A stretch of DNA of 64,000 nucleotides from a bacterium. Its GTDB lineage: Bacteria; Bacillota_I; Bacilli_A; RF39; UBA660. The stretch is from positions 189,944 through 253,943 of the forward strand of contig JAHZBE010000001.1 of assembly GCA_019423565.1 (NCBI GenBank), given 5' to 3'. Below the pieces are notes generated by a model. The model was not told where the DNA came from and made no database searches. It saw nothing but the letters and a program-made list of their open reading frames with translations. The first letter of the stretch is position 1, and the number at the start of each line of letters is the position of its first letter. Position numbers and translations under genes: made by a program. Below are positions 19,595-29,533 of the stretch, one piece after another.

Positions 19595-19870
19595 TTATTT
19601 ATTAACTGATTCTTTTAATTTGCTTCCAGCTTTAAATGAAACGCTATTTCTAGCAGCAATCTTAACTGGTAATCCAGTTTTTGGATTTCTTCCTTCTCTA
19701 GCTTCTCTTCTTGAAACACCGAATGTTCCAAATCCAGTTAAAGTAATTTTTTCTCCTTTTTGTAATGTTTCAGCAACTGCACTCATGAATGCTTCTAAAG
19801 CACGAGATGAATCTGCTTTTGTTAATCCAGATTTAGCTGCCATTGCTTCGATTAATTCTGCTTTTGTCAT
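19595..19870 (-). CDS. hup: DNA-binding protein HU
   Basis: MTKAELIEAMA...GFGTFGVSRREAREGRNPKTG. Locally higher GC. Confidence 0.95.
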   Translation of the reverse strand: MTKAELIEAMAAKSGLTKADSSRALEAFMSAVAETLQKGEKITLTGFGTFGVSRREAREGRNPKTGLPVKIAARNSVSFKAGSKLKESVNK

Positions 19871-19999
19871 GTTATAAACCTCCGTATTTTGACTTATTAA
19901 TAAGCATACTATGCTTATAAATATAGAATACCATTATTTTTAATTTTTTACAATACTTTTTTTATATTTTCCCTTAAAAATAAAAGAAATGCATACCAA

Positions 20000-21523
20000 T
20001 TAGGCTGCATTTGAAAGAAAGGCTTGTATATCACTTATATTATCTTTTTTATCTTTATTCTTATCAGATAAAATAGCATCTAAAGGAACAAATTTTTCTT
20101 CTTCTTTAAGTTTTATTATTGTTTTTGGAATTTTATACTTTGACCATACGTTAAGAATCGTCTGAACCTTTGCTTCTGTTGAATTTGCTATTTTAGCTGG
20201 TTCAGAAGGTTCATTAATAATTACTTCTGATATTTCTTCTTTAGATACTGGTTCATCAATTTTATTTCCATCAAGTATTGAATTCACCTCTTTCTCATTA
20301 AGAGGAACATTATTATTAACATCAACTTTTGATTCTATATTTACTGGAATATTTGGCGCAGGTACTTCAAATGTTGGAACTTTTACTTCTGATTCAGTAT
20401 TTGAAGTTTTAATTAAATTTGATGTTGATAAATCTAAACTAGGCATTCCAACAATTTTATTTTCATTATCTTGAGTATTCAAATCTGTAATTACATTTTC
20501 AGTAAGAACGTTTAGGTTAATGGGTTCTTTAGTAGTTTGATCTAAATTTTCATCAATTGTACCAACATTCTGTTCTATGTTGGAATCAACTTGTAAATTT
20601 ACTTTTGAATCATCCCCTGTTAACTCTTCTGAATTATTATTAATTTCTTCCACATCTGTATTGATATTAACTATATTTTGACTTTCATCATTTAAATCTT
20701 CAGAATTTTCACTCTTATTAATTGCATCTTCATTATCATTGGCATTAATTACTTCAATTTGATTTTCTTTTGTATCTATTTTGCTAACATTATCTTTTAA
20801 TTCATTAACATTTTCTTCCCCACCAATTATTTTTTCTTCTTTAGTATCATCTTTTTCTATAAATTTTGGAATTCTACTCAAAAATTCTTCGTTTTCTTCC
20901 TTTTTCATATTGTTACTATTATATAATTTTTTTAACATTTCATATGGATTATCATTTTCTACTACTTTTTCTTCATTCGATTTAAATTTTTCTATTATTT
21001 CATTAACTATATTTATAGTCGTTTTAGATATTATAGAATTTTCAATTGAATTAAATACTAGGATAATATCATTTAAATCAGTTGATTGAATATGTACGAC
21101 TGTATTTAATGTTTCAACCTTCATTCCTTGATTTGTACTCAATGTTTCAATTTCTTCCATAGTAGATACTTTATCTATTTCTTTATCTATTTCTTCGATT
21201 TCATTTATAATATCACCATATTCTTTAAGCAAAACTGAACATATATCAATCAAGTCTTTTTTTTGTTTCCTTTCTGGCTTAATATTTTCTAAAATATCAT
21301 GCTTTTTTTGGACTTCATCAATAGAAATAATTTTTTTATTTTCGCCACCTTCTTGATATTCATTCTTTAAAATTAATAATTCTTTTTCGATATTTTTTAT
21401 TTTATCTAATGTTTCTATAATTTTTTTTTCAAGTTCTTTCTTTCTTAAAAGAACCCCCTTTTTTGAATCATACAATTGTATTAAAACTTCAAGTTCATCA
21501 TCCGATAATTTTGTAATATCCAT
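20000..21523 (-). CDS. Hypothetical acidic coiled-coil/disordered protein (507 aa)
   Basis: GAGGTG SD before the ATG at 21523. N-terminal heptad-rich region, then an N/E/D-rich tail. Last gene of the DUF1292/coiled-coil operon. Confidence 0.6.
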   Translation of the reverse strand: MDITKLSDDELEVLIQLYDSKKGVLLRKKELEKKIIETLDKIKNIEKELLILKNEYQEGGENKKIISIDEVQKKHDILENIKPERKQKKDLIDICSVLLKEYGDIINEIEEIDKEIDKVSTMEEIETLSTNQGMKVETLNTVVHIQSTDLNDIILVFNSIENSIISKTTINIVNEIIEKFKSNEEKVVENDNPYEMLKKLYNSNNMKKEENEEFLSRIPKFIEKDDTKEEKIIGGEENVNELKDNVSKIDTKENQIEVINANDNEDAINKSENSEDLNDESQNIVNINTDVEEINNNSEELTGDDSKVNLQVDSNIEQNVGTIDENLDQTTKEPINLNVLTENVITDLNTQDNENKIVGMPSLDLSTSNLIKTSNTESEVKVPTFEVPAPNIPVNIESKVDVNNNVPLNEKEVNSILDGNKIDEPVSKEEISEVIINEPSEPAKIANSTEAKVQTILNVWSKYKIPKTIIKLKEEEKFVPLDAILSDKNKDKKDNISDIQAFLSNAA

Positions 21524-21541
21524 GATTCTCACCTCTCAATC

Positions 21542-21811
21542 TTATTTATCATTTTCCCTTAAAGACTTATAAGTTTCAGAAAAAATCTTATACGCTTCTT
21601 GTCTTTCTTCTTCATTTTCTAAATCTTTCATTATTTCTTTGCCATCTTCTTTTATTATCTTAGATGCATATATTGATACATTATTATCATCTGTATTCTT
21701 GATAAAATAATATATATATTCATTTTTTGCATTTTCTGCATTAATTCTAGTAATTAAAGTTGCTTCTTCCTTTTTTCCATTTTTTAATTCTATTTCAAAT
21801 TTATCTCCCAT
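21542..21811 (-). CDS. DUF1292 (UPF0473)-like small acidic protein, paralogue 2
   Basis: AGGAGG SD. NEYIYYFIK...VSIYASKIIKEDGKEIMKDLENEEERQEAYKIF fits the DUF1292 pattern and matches 22497-22760. Confidence 0.6.
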   Translation of the reverse strand: MGDKFEIELKNGKKEEATLITRINAENAKNEYIYYFIKNTDDNNVSIYASKIIKEDGKEIMKDLENEEERQEAYKIFSETYKSLRENDK

Positions 21812-21829
21812 TTTATTCCTCCTAAATTA

Positions 21830-22483
21830 TTACATTGACATAATTTGTGTTTCTTTTTGTTCCTGATTATTTGATTCGAGTAATTGTCTATACATTTTTT
21901 GAATTTTTATTGTACTTTTAATGTCATTTATTTTTTGATTTTCTTTCTGCTTTTTATAATTATTTTCTAAATCTGATAATCGTTGATTTAAAGTTTTAGA
22001 TTCATTCATTTCATCATTATGTAGGTCACATAATTTTTGATATATATGTGGAACATTTCCAATTATTTTTCCAACTGATAATTTAAATTTTGATTTCATT
22101 TCATTAATAGTTGAATCTTTACCCTTTGCAATTACACTTGTAATCTTATTTTTAATTTTTGGTTTATTTGTAAGTTTAACTTTAGGCTCATTTACCTTTA
22201 TACCTATTTTTCTTATCGATTCATTATTATTTACTTTTCTATCTTTTTCTTTTTTTAACTTTTCATATTCTAATTTTTTTGCCTGTAACTGAATTTGCTT
22301 TTTATTAATTTCTCTAATTTTTTCTATATATTCATTTACATTACTTTTAGTTGCAAGGTCATAGGCAGAAATTTCTGGATATTTTTCTTTTAATTCATAG
22401 ATACTACTTTCAAGATTATCTATTTCTTTTTTCATTTCAGTTAATTTTATGTTTAATTCTTCTAATTCTTCTAAATTTTTCAT
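21830..22483 (-). CDS. Hypothetical coiled-coil protein (217 aa)
   Basis: AAGGAGG SD. K/E heptad-rich sequence. Confidence 0.6.
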   Translation of the reverse strand: MKNLEELEELNIKLTEMKKEIDNLESSIYELKEKYPEISAYDLATKSNVNEYIEKIREINKKQIQLQAKKLEYEKLKKEKDRKVNNNESIRKIGIKVNEPKVKLTNKPKIKNKITSVIAKGKDSTINEMKSKFKLSVGKIIGNVPHIYQKLCDLHNDEMNESKTLNQRLSDLENNYKKQKENQKINDIKSTIKIQKMYRQLLESNNQEQKETQIMSM

Positions 22484-22496
22484 AACTGCCTCCTTT

Positions 22497-22760
22497 TTAA
22501 CCTTTTAAATTTTTAAAAGCAGTTGAAAACAGTTCAAAAGCAATCTTTTTTTCTTCATCATTTTCTATTTCATCAATTTCTTCTGTTCCGTCCTCATTTA
22601 CTTTAATTCTGGATGCAAATAATAAATAATCATCATTTATATTTTTTTCACCATCAACATTATAATAGATATATTCAATGCCTGTATTTTCTAATTCTAA
22701 TCTAGTAACTATATGAGCTATTTTATCAACACCATTAATATTTATTTTAAATTCATTCAT
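22497..22760 (-). CDS. DUF1292 (UPF0473)-like small acidic protein, paralogue 1
   Basis: Start trimmed to 22760 (MNEFKI...) because TATAAT and AAAGGG lie inside the longer ORF. IEYIYYNVD...LLFASRIKVNEDGTEEIDEIENDEEKKIAFELF. Confidence 0.6.
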   Translation of the reverse strand: MNEFKININGVDKIAHIVTRLELENTGIEYIYYNVDGEKNINDDYLLFASRIKVNEDGTEEIDEIENDEEKKIAFELFSTAFKNLKG

Positions 22761-22881
22761 ATGCATACCCTTTTCTATTATAATCTTCTTATTATATATA
22801 TTATCATACCATTTTATTTTAAAATAGTCCATATTTTTAAAGAAAAAAACTAAAAATAAAAAGATATCAATTAAATAAAAT

Positions 22882-23418
22882 TTATATCTTTTTTAATTTT
22901 TTGGTTAGCACTTTTTCACTAAATTTACTTTTTATATTTTTTTTGAATAATGAAATTTTCTCTTTTATTTCTTTTAGTTTTTCTAAATTTACTTTCCTTT
23001 TGCTTACTATAAATGGTTTTGTAAGATTTTGCATTTCTTCAATTTCTTTATCTGTTTTATTTTTTCTTCGATAACTCATTACAACAATTAATTCTTCTTC
23101 AATAACACGCTTTCTAATATATTCTGAATTATAACCATAAAGTTGTTTCTTTAAATTCATTATATAAGTTTTACATCTATTTATTTGATCATCTAAATAC
23201 AAAAATTCTTGATTCGCACTTTTATCCAAATTTTCTTTTCTTAATTTCATTTCATTTTTCTTTTGTTCTAAATTTTTTATCCTTTTTAAATAATTATTGA
23301 TGGTATTTTCAAGTTCCTCTATACTGGAATTTTTTATATCTTTTCCGTCGCCCTCAAACGTACCATACCTAACTACATTAAGTTCTTTCTTATTATTTTC
23401 ATAAGTTGTTCTAAACAT
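22882..23418 (-). CDS. Hypothetical coiled-coil protein (178 aa)
   Basis: GGAGAA SD. K/E-rich heptad sequence. Confidence 0.55.
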   Translation of the reverse strand: MFRTTYENNKKELNVVRYGTFEGDGKDIKNSSIEELENTINNYLKRIKNLEQKKNEMKLRKENLDKSANQEFLYLDDQINRCKTYIMNLKKQLYGYNSEYIRKRVIEEELIVVMSYRRKNKTDKEIEEMQNLTKPFIVSKRKVNLEKLKEIKEKISLFKKNIKSKFSEKVLTKKLKKI

Positions 23419-23523
23419 TTTTTATTTTCTCCTATTTTAACTAACTAATCTTTATAATATACTAACAAGAAAAAATAGTCCATATTTTTTAAATTTATTT
23501 ACAAAAAAAAGACCTTGAAGTCT

Positions 23524-23880
23524 TTATTTATATTTTCTATTTAATAAACTCAAGAATAATGCAACTATAACAATATTTGATAATGATACAAGGATATTAT
23601 TAACATTTGCCTTATTATATGATTCATTTTCTTTCTTTTCTGCAATATAACTTGCATAACAATTATCTTTAATTGTTTGTTGATCAATTTCTTCCGTAGG
23701 AATTTTATCTAAATCACAAATTTGTTTTGAATAATCAGAATAAGATAATGTTACATCTTTATTAAATATTCTTATCCCTACTCCAAATGTAATTACAATA
23801 GCCGCAATAAGCCATATCACAAGTATTGAGTTAATTACTTTTAATACTATATCTTTTTCTTTTGAAAATAATTTTGCCAT
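23524..23880 (-). CDS. Hypothetical two-TM membrane protein
   Basis: Two hydrophobic segments. Sits 9 nt downstream of tyrS. Confidence 0.55.
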   Translation of the reverse strand: MAKLFSKEKDIVLKVINSILVIWLIAAIVITFGVGIRIFNKDVTLSYSDYSKQICDLDKIPTEEIDQQTIKDNCYASYIAEKKENESYNKANVNNILVSLSNIVIVALFLSLLNRKYK

Positions 23881-23889
23881 TTTTTCCTC

Positions 23890-25122
23890 CTAATTAAATA
23901 TAACCAAGTAGTATTTTTTCTTTCCCCTTCTTACTACTATATATTTATTATATAACGCTTTTTCTTTATTTACAAGCATATCAGTTGTATTTATTTTTTC
24001 TCCATTAATACTTATTGAACCATTATTAATAAATTCTCTTGCTTCTCTTTTACTTGATAAAATTTTAGTGTTTACAAGCATATCAACAATATTCATTTCT
24101 TCTGTTATTGTTTCTGCCTGAACCCCTGATAATGCATCTTTTAATTCATTTTCTGAAAGTGATGCAATATCACCACTAAATAATGCTTCTGTTATTTTTA
24201 ATGCTTTATTATATTCTTCTGTACCATGTAAATCAGTTATAATTTCTTTTGCAAGTGTTTTTTGAGCAATTCTTTTTTCTGGACATTCTTTATGTTCACT
24301 CATAACTTTTTCAATTTCTTCTTTACTCAAGAATGTAAATACCTTCAAATATTCTTCTACTTTTTCATCACTGCTATTTATTAAATATTGATATATTTCA
24401 TAACTTGATGTTTTATTTATATCAAGCCATAATGCATTTCCTTCTGATTTTCCAAATTTCTTACCATTTGAATCTAATATTAAAGGCATTGTAAATGCGT
24501 ATGCTTTTTTACCTAATTTTTTGTTTATTAATTCAATTCCAGTTGTAATATTACCCCATTGATCAGAACCTGCAGCTTGCATTATACAATTTTTTTCTTC
24601 ATATAAATGCACAAAGTCATTACCTTGTAGTAATGTATAAGTAAATTCCGCAAAAGTTATACCTGTTTCAAGTCTTCTACTAATAATATCTTTATTAAGC
24701 ATATAATTAACATTGATATATTTTCCTGTATCTCTTAAAAAATCAAGAATATTAACATCTTTGTACCAATCATAATTATTAACTACTTCAACATTACCAT
24801 CAAATATTTTTTCAACTTGTTTCTTTATAGATTCGACATTATTTAAAACTGTTTCTTTTGAGATAATCTCTCTTTCTGATGTTGGTCTTGGATCACCTAT
24901 CATACCAGTTGCTCCTCCAACTAATAATATTGGATGGAATCCTGCTTTTGCAAGTCTCTTAGCAGTTACTAAACTAGAATAATGTCCAATATGAAGACTA
25001 TCAGCAGTAGGATCTGTTCCCCAATAGAAACATGCCTTCTTTTCGTTTATTATTTTTTCTAAATCATCTCCAGCCTCATCTTTTATAAGACCTCTCCATT
25101 TTAATTCATCATAAAAATTCAT
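23890..25122 (-). CDS. tyrS: Tyrosine--tRNA ligase
   Basis: HIGH motif region (DPTADSLHIGHY), KFGKS (KMSKS) motif and a C-terminal S4 domain. Confidence 0.95.
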   Translation of the reverse strand: MNFYDELKWRGLIKDEAGDDLEKIINEKKACFYWGTDPTADSLHIGHYSSLVTAKRLAKAGFHPILLVGGATGMIGDPRPTSEREIISKETVLNNVESIKKQVEKIFDGNVEVVNNYDWYKDVNILDFLRDTGKYINVNYMLNKDIISRRLETGITFAEFTYTLLQGNDFVHLYEEKNCIMQAAGSDQWGNITTGIELINKKLGKKAYAFTMPLILDSNGKKFGKSEGNALWLDINKTSSYEIYQYLINSSDEKVEEYLKVFTFLSKEEIEKVMSEHKECPEKRIAQKTLAKEIITDLHGTEEYNKALKITEALFSGDIASLSENELKDALSGVQAETITEEMNIVDMLVNTKILSSKREAREFINNGSISINGEKINTTDMLVNKEKALYNKYIVVRRGKKKYYLVIFN

Positions 25123-25142
25123 AATTTTTCCTCCTAATACTT

Positions 25143-25340
25143 AAAAAAAGCCTATGATGTAAGGACGATTAAACGCGGTACCACCTTACTTCATAGACTT
25201 TTCTATGCTCTTTTTTTCATTTAACGCATGAATTTACGCTTTAATTCATAATATTGTAATTTCATTATTATTATGCTTAGTTTTCAGCAAACCACTAAGT
25301 CTCTTTTTTCATAAATAATAATTACTTATATATTAATCAC
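25143..25340 (-). promoter_or_regulatory. T-box leader (Tyr-specific) with terminator/antiterminator
   Basis: Minus strand has an AGAGA stem I start, a candidate UAC specifier in AAAUUACAAU, the T-box GGTGGTACCGCG (25174-25185), and a terminator helix ending in a T-run just before the tyrS SD. Confidence 0.85.
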
Positions 25341-25388
25341 AATCAAATTACAATTATATTTTATTATAAAGATAACATTTAGTCAATA

Positions 25389-25733
25389 CTAATCATTTTC
25401 ATGTATTTCTTTTATTATTTTTTCTATTTTATTTCCATAATCTATCGATTCATCAAATACAAAATGAAGTTCTGGGATTTTTCTCATTTCTAATTTTCTT
25501 TTCATAAGTTCACTTCTAATGAATCCTTTTGCTCCATTTAAATCATGAATACATTTATCTCTGTTCTCATCATTTAAAACTGTACAATAAACTTTTGCAT
25601 AAGATAAATCGCTAGATAAATCTAAATGTGTTATTGTTACAAATTTAATATCTTCGTCTTTTATTTCAGTCATTAAAATTGAACTGATTTCTTTAACAAG
25701 TAAATTTGCAAGTCTTTCTGTTTTAATACTCAT
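25389..25733 (-). CDS. rbfA: Ribosome-binding factor A
   Basis: RLANLLVKEISSIL...VTITHLDLSSDLSYAKVY pattern, downstream of infB. Confidence 0.9.
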   Translation of the reverse strand: MSIKTERLANLLVKEISSILMTEIKDEDIKFVTITHLDLSSDLSYAKVYCTVLNDENRDKCIHDLNGAKGFIRSELMKRKLEMRKIPELHFVFDESIDYGNKIEKIIKEIHEND

Positions 25734-25744
25734 TTTAACACCTC

Positions 25745-26494
25745 TTATTCTGGTATATATACTTTTGTTTTACTTTCGTCTAATTTTACATTTTTTCTTT
25801 GTTTTATGTAGTTTAAAGAATTATTAAACAAATCTACTTTGGTTGATTCTTTTATTAAATTAGATACATGACTTAATAGTTCTTTATTATCTTCTATTAG
25901 TTCTTCAATTGCACCACTTGCCTTTGTAGTTTCTTTACCTTTTTTAATTTCTATGTATGAAGAATTTTCATCTTTTTGATTATATAAGATACATATAGAA
26001 ATGTCATTTACTCTAATTGTTATTTTTGATTCTTCATAAGTCCAAATAAAGAAAAATGAAATTTTATCATTATCATAATTTATAGAAAAATCTTGTTTTT
26101 GTTCTTTAAATGTCTTAACCAAAATATAATCGTCATTTAACAAAACGGCACATCTATCTAATATATTTCTATCCGAATGTTTATTTTTTATACCATTATA
26201 ACAATCAAATTTGTTTTTCCCATCTTTTATACATATATGACACATAGTGTGTATATTTTTTTCTTTTTCTCTTGAATATCTTGGATTTTGTACTATATTT
26301 CCAATTAAATACCCATCTTTATCAAGGTAATACAAATTAGATTTTTTTATATCAAATGTTCCAACCTTTGTATTACCTTTTTTTATATCTATACTTTCAA
26401 ATAATGGGATTTCACCTTTTTTTATATCTATATCATATCCAATAAAATTTAATAATTCTCTTTGTGCTTCTATTATACTTAATAGCTTCTCCAT
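25745..26494 (-). CDS. Hypothetical protein (249 aa) between infB and rbfA
   Basis: Tightly packed in the operon (27 nt after infB, 11 nt before rbfA). No recognisable motif. Confidence 0.6.
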   Translation of the reverse strand: MEKLLSIIEAQRELLNFIGYDIDIKKGEIPLFESIDIKKGNTKVGTFDIKKSNLYYLDKDGYLIGNIVQNPRYSREKEKNIHTMCHICIKDGKNKFDCYNGIKNKHSDRNILDRCAVLLNDDYILVKTFKEQKQDFSINYDNDKISFFFIWTYEESKITIRVNDISICILYNQKDENSSYIEIKKGKETTKASGAIEELIEDNKELLSHVSNLIKESTKVDLFNNSLNYIKQRKNVKLDESKTKVYIPE

Positions 26495-26521
26495 AAACTT
26501 CCCCCCAAAGTGTATTTATAA

Positions 26522-28666
26522 CTATCTTTTTATTTCAACCATTTCATATGCTTCAATTACATCTTTTTCTTTTATGTCGTTATAATTTTCAAGAGTAATA
26601 CCACATTCAAATCCTTTTTTAACTTCTTTAGCTTGATCTTTTTCTTTTTGAATTGTATTAATTGCGCCATCATAAACAACAACACCATCTCTTATTAATC
26701 TCGCTTTAGCATTTGATCTTACTACTCCGTCTGTTACCATACATCCTGCGATAGTACCTACTTTAGAGAATTTAAATAATTTTCTAACTTCTGCTGAACC
26801 AATTACTTTTTCTTCATATTCTGGATCAAGCATACCTTTCATTGCACTTTCCATTTCTTCAACTAATTTATAGATAATATTATGAAGTCTTATATCTACA
26901 TTATATTCTTTTGCAACTTCTAAAGTTTTTGCATTTGGTCTTACATTAAATCCAATGATAATAGCATCAGATGCATTTGCAAGTACTATATCACTTTCAG
27001 TAATTGTTCCAACACCACTTCTAATTACATTAACTCTAACACCTTCAACTTCTATCTTAGATAAAGAATTTTTAACTGCTTCTTCTGTTCCTTTAACATC
27101 AGTTTTAAGTATTACATTTATTTCTTTTACACCTGATTTAATTTTATCAAATAAATCATCTAGGGAAATTGCTTTATTATTTTTACTATTTTTAAGTTTT
27201 GCTTGTTCTTTTCTATTTTCCGCAATAGTTTTAGCTTCTTTTTCTGTTTCAAAAGCCATAAATCTATCACCAGATGATGGAACTTCACTTAAACCTGTTA
27301 TTTCAACTGGTGTAGATGGAAGTGCTTCAACTACTTCTCTTCCTAAATCATCTTTTAAAGTTCTAACTTTTCCATAAGTTGTTCCAACAACAATTGGGTC
27401 ACCTAATCTAAGTGTTCCATTTTGAACAAGTAATGTTACTGTTGAACCAACATTTTTATCAAGTTTTGATTCAATTACTGTACCTAGGGCATATCTATTT
27501 GGATTTGCTTTTAATTCACTCATTTCTGCAACAAGTTGAATACTGTCTAATAAATCACTAACACCTTCACCTGTTAATGCAGATATTTTTTGATATATTA
27601 CATCTCCACCCCATTCTTCTGGAGTAAGACCACGAGCTGCCATTTCAGTCATAATTTTTTCTGGATTTGCACCTGGTTTATCCATTTTATTTATAGCAAC
27701 TATTATTGGTACGCCTGCAGCTTTAGCATGATCTATTGCTTCTTCCGTTTGAGGCATTACACCATCGTCTGCTGCGACAATTATAATAACTATATCTGTT
27801 ACAGCAGCACCTCTTGCACGCATTTCAGTAAATGCTTCGTGTCCTGGAGTGTCTATGAATGTTATCTTTTTACCATTCTTTTCTATTTGATATGCACCAA
27901 TATGTTGTGTAATTCCACCGAATTCACCAGTTGTAATATGACTATTTCTGATGTAGTCAAGTAAACTTGTTTTACCATGGTCAACATGTCCCATTATGGT
28001 TACAACTGCTGGTCTATCTACTAAAGATGCTGGATCATCATTAACTTCAAATTTTTCAAAATTAGTCTTGTCTTGTGATTCGAAGCTCTTTAATGTCTTA
28101 TCATAATCAATTACAATCATCTCTACATCATCATAACTAAGTGAATTATTTAAACTAGCCATTATACCTAAATTCATTAGTTTTTTTATTACTTCAGTTG
28201 GATTAACATTTAATTCTTTAGCAAGTTCGCTAACTGTCATTCCTTCTTTATAAACTATAATATTATCATCATGAGATGCTTCATTTTGCATAAGTTTTTC
28301 TTTATTCTTATACATTTGCTTTCTTTTTGCATGCATATCTTCTTTTTGAACTTCAGACTTTTTCTTTAATTTTTGTTTTTTTACAGTATCATCAAATCTA
28401 ATATGAGATGCACTTGCAAGTTCTTCAGCCTTATCTTCAAGTTCTGCATCTAAATCATAATCCTTTTCTTCAGTTATTTCATCTATATATTCTGGTTCTT
28501 CTTCCTCATTCACATTCATAGTTAAAGTATTGTCCAAATCAATTATTTGGTCCTCATCTAACATATCATCTGCATTTTTAATATCATAACCTAATTCTTG
28601 TGCTTTTTTAATTACTGCTTCAACTGTAACATTTATATCTAAAGCATATTCTTTAACACTCATCAT
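26522..28666 (-). CDS. infB: Translation initiation factor IF-2
   Basis: [20 protein letters not shown] and NKMD G-domain motifs. Confidence 0.97.
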   Translation of the reverse strand: MMSVKEYALDINVTVEAVIKKAQELGYDIKNADDMLDEDQIIDLDNTLTMNVNEEEEPEYIDEITEEKDYDLDAELEDKAEELASASHIRFDDTVKKQKLKKKSEVQKEDMHAKRKQMYKNKEKLMQNEASHDDNIIVYKEGMTVSELAKELNVNPTEVIKKLMNLGIMASLNNSLSYDDVEMIVIDYDKTLKSFESQDKTNFEKFEVNDDPASLVDRPAVVTIMGHVDHGKTSLLDYIRNSHITTGEFGGITQHIGAYQIEKNGKKITFIDTPGHEAFTEMRARGAAVTDIVIIIVAADDGVMPQTEEAIDHAKAAGVPIIVAINKMDKPGANPEKIMTEMAARGLTPEEWGGDVIYQKISALTGEGVSDLLDSIQLVAEMSELKANPNRYALGTVIESKLDKNVGSTVTLLVQNGTLRLGDPIVVGTTYGKVRTLKDDLGREVVEALPSTPVEITGLSEVPSSGDRFMAFETEKEAKTIAENRKEQAKLKNSKNNKAISLDDLFDKIKSGVKEINVILKTDVKGTEEAVKNSLSKIEVEGVRVNVIRSGVGTITESDIVLANASDAIIIGFNVRPNAKTLEVAKEYNVDIRLHNIIYKLVEEMESAMKGMLDPEYEEKVIGSAEVRKLFKFSKVGTIAGCMVTDGVVRSNAKARLIRDGVVVYDGAINTIQKEKDQAKEVKKGFECGITLENYNDIKEKDVIEAYEMVEIKR

Positions 28667-28683
28667 AAGCTATTCGCCTCCTT

Positions 28684-29235
28684 TTAATTTTTTCTTTCTA
28701 GTTTTTTAGCAAGTGATAACACATCATCTGTTACACTTTCTACTTCTTCCTTTGTAATATCATCTATACCATAACAAACTACTTCTACACCAGCATGATT
28801 AAGCATTATTTTGCTTATATCTACTAATTCTTTTTTTGAATACATTCTTAAATAAACAACCTTTTTAATACCTACTTGAATTATTTCCTTTGTGCATTCT
28901 GTACAAGGAAACCAAGTTACATAAAGAGTACTGCCTTTTAAATCATCTAGGCTACCCCTATAATTTAATATTGCATTTCTTTCAGCATGCACTACATAAT
29001 AGTCTTTAACATCTTTTTTTATTCCTGTTATTTCACCACTTGATGCCCAGTCAAATGTATCATCATTCATACCTTTTGGAAGACCATTATAACCAACTGA
29101 TAAAACTTTATTATCAGAATTTACTATACATGCACCTACTCTATTATGTGGATCCTTACTTCTTGCAGATATCAAAAGTGCGTTCATCATAAAATATTCG
29201 TCCCAAGATAAATAGTTTTCTCTTTTATCCGACAA
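28684..29235 (-). CDS. comEB: dCMP deaminase (ComEB-like)
   Basis: HAERNAI zinc-binding motif and PCTECTKEI. Confidence 0.85.
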   Translation of the reverse strand: MSDKRENYLSWDEYFMMNALLISARSKDPHNRVGACIVNSDNKVLSVGYNGLPKGMNDDTFDWASSGEITGIKKDVKDYYVVHAERNAILNYRGSLDDLKGSTLYVTWFPCTECTKEIIQVGIKKVVYLRMYSKKELVDISKIMLNHAGVEVVCYGIDDITKEEVESVTDDVLSLAKKLERKN

Positions 29236-29258
29236 AATATTACCCCCTAATACCGTTT

Positions 29259-29522
29259 TTATTGATTTATTATTTCTTCAAGTTTTTCATATACACTATC
29301 ATCAATAGTAGTTTCTAAATGTTTATCTAAAATCTTTGATTTTCTTGCTTTATTTAAAACATCTATATCTTTTTTAATGTATGCGCCCCTACCGTTTGCT
29401 TTACCTGTTAAATCAACAAAAACTTCATTTTCATTATTTTTGACAACCCTAATTAAATCTCTTTTTTCTAATTTTTCTTTTGTTACAACGCACGTTCTAA
29501 GTGGTATTTTTTTATTTTTCAT
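29259..29522 (-). CDS. ylxR: YlxR/RnpM (DUF448) RNA-binding protein
   Basis: PLRTCVVTKEK..DLIRVV...GRGAYI pattern, downstream of nusA. Confidence 0.85.
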   Translation of the reverse strand: MKNKKIPLRTCVVTKEKLEKRDLIRVVKNNENEVFVDLTGKANGRGAYIKKDIDVLNKARKSKILDKHLETTIDDSVYEKLEEIINQ

Positions 29523-29533
29523 TAAAAACCTCC

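Noticed and set aside
26955-27964. Plus-strand ORFs 26955-27377 and 27590-27964 inside infB
   Set aside because: They are antisense artefacts within a highly conserved gene.
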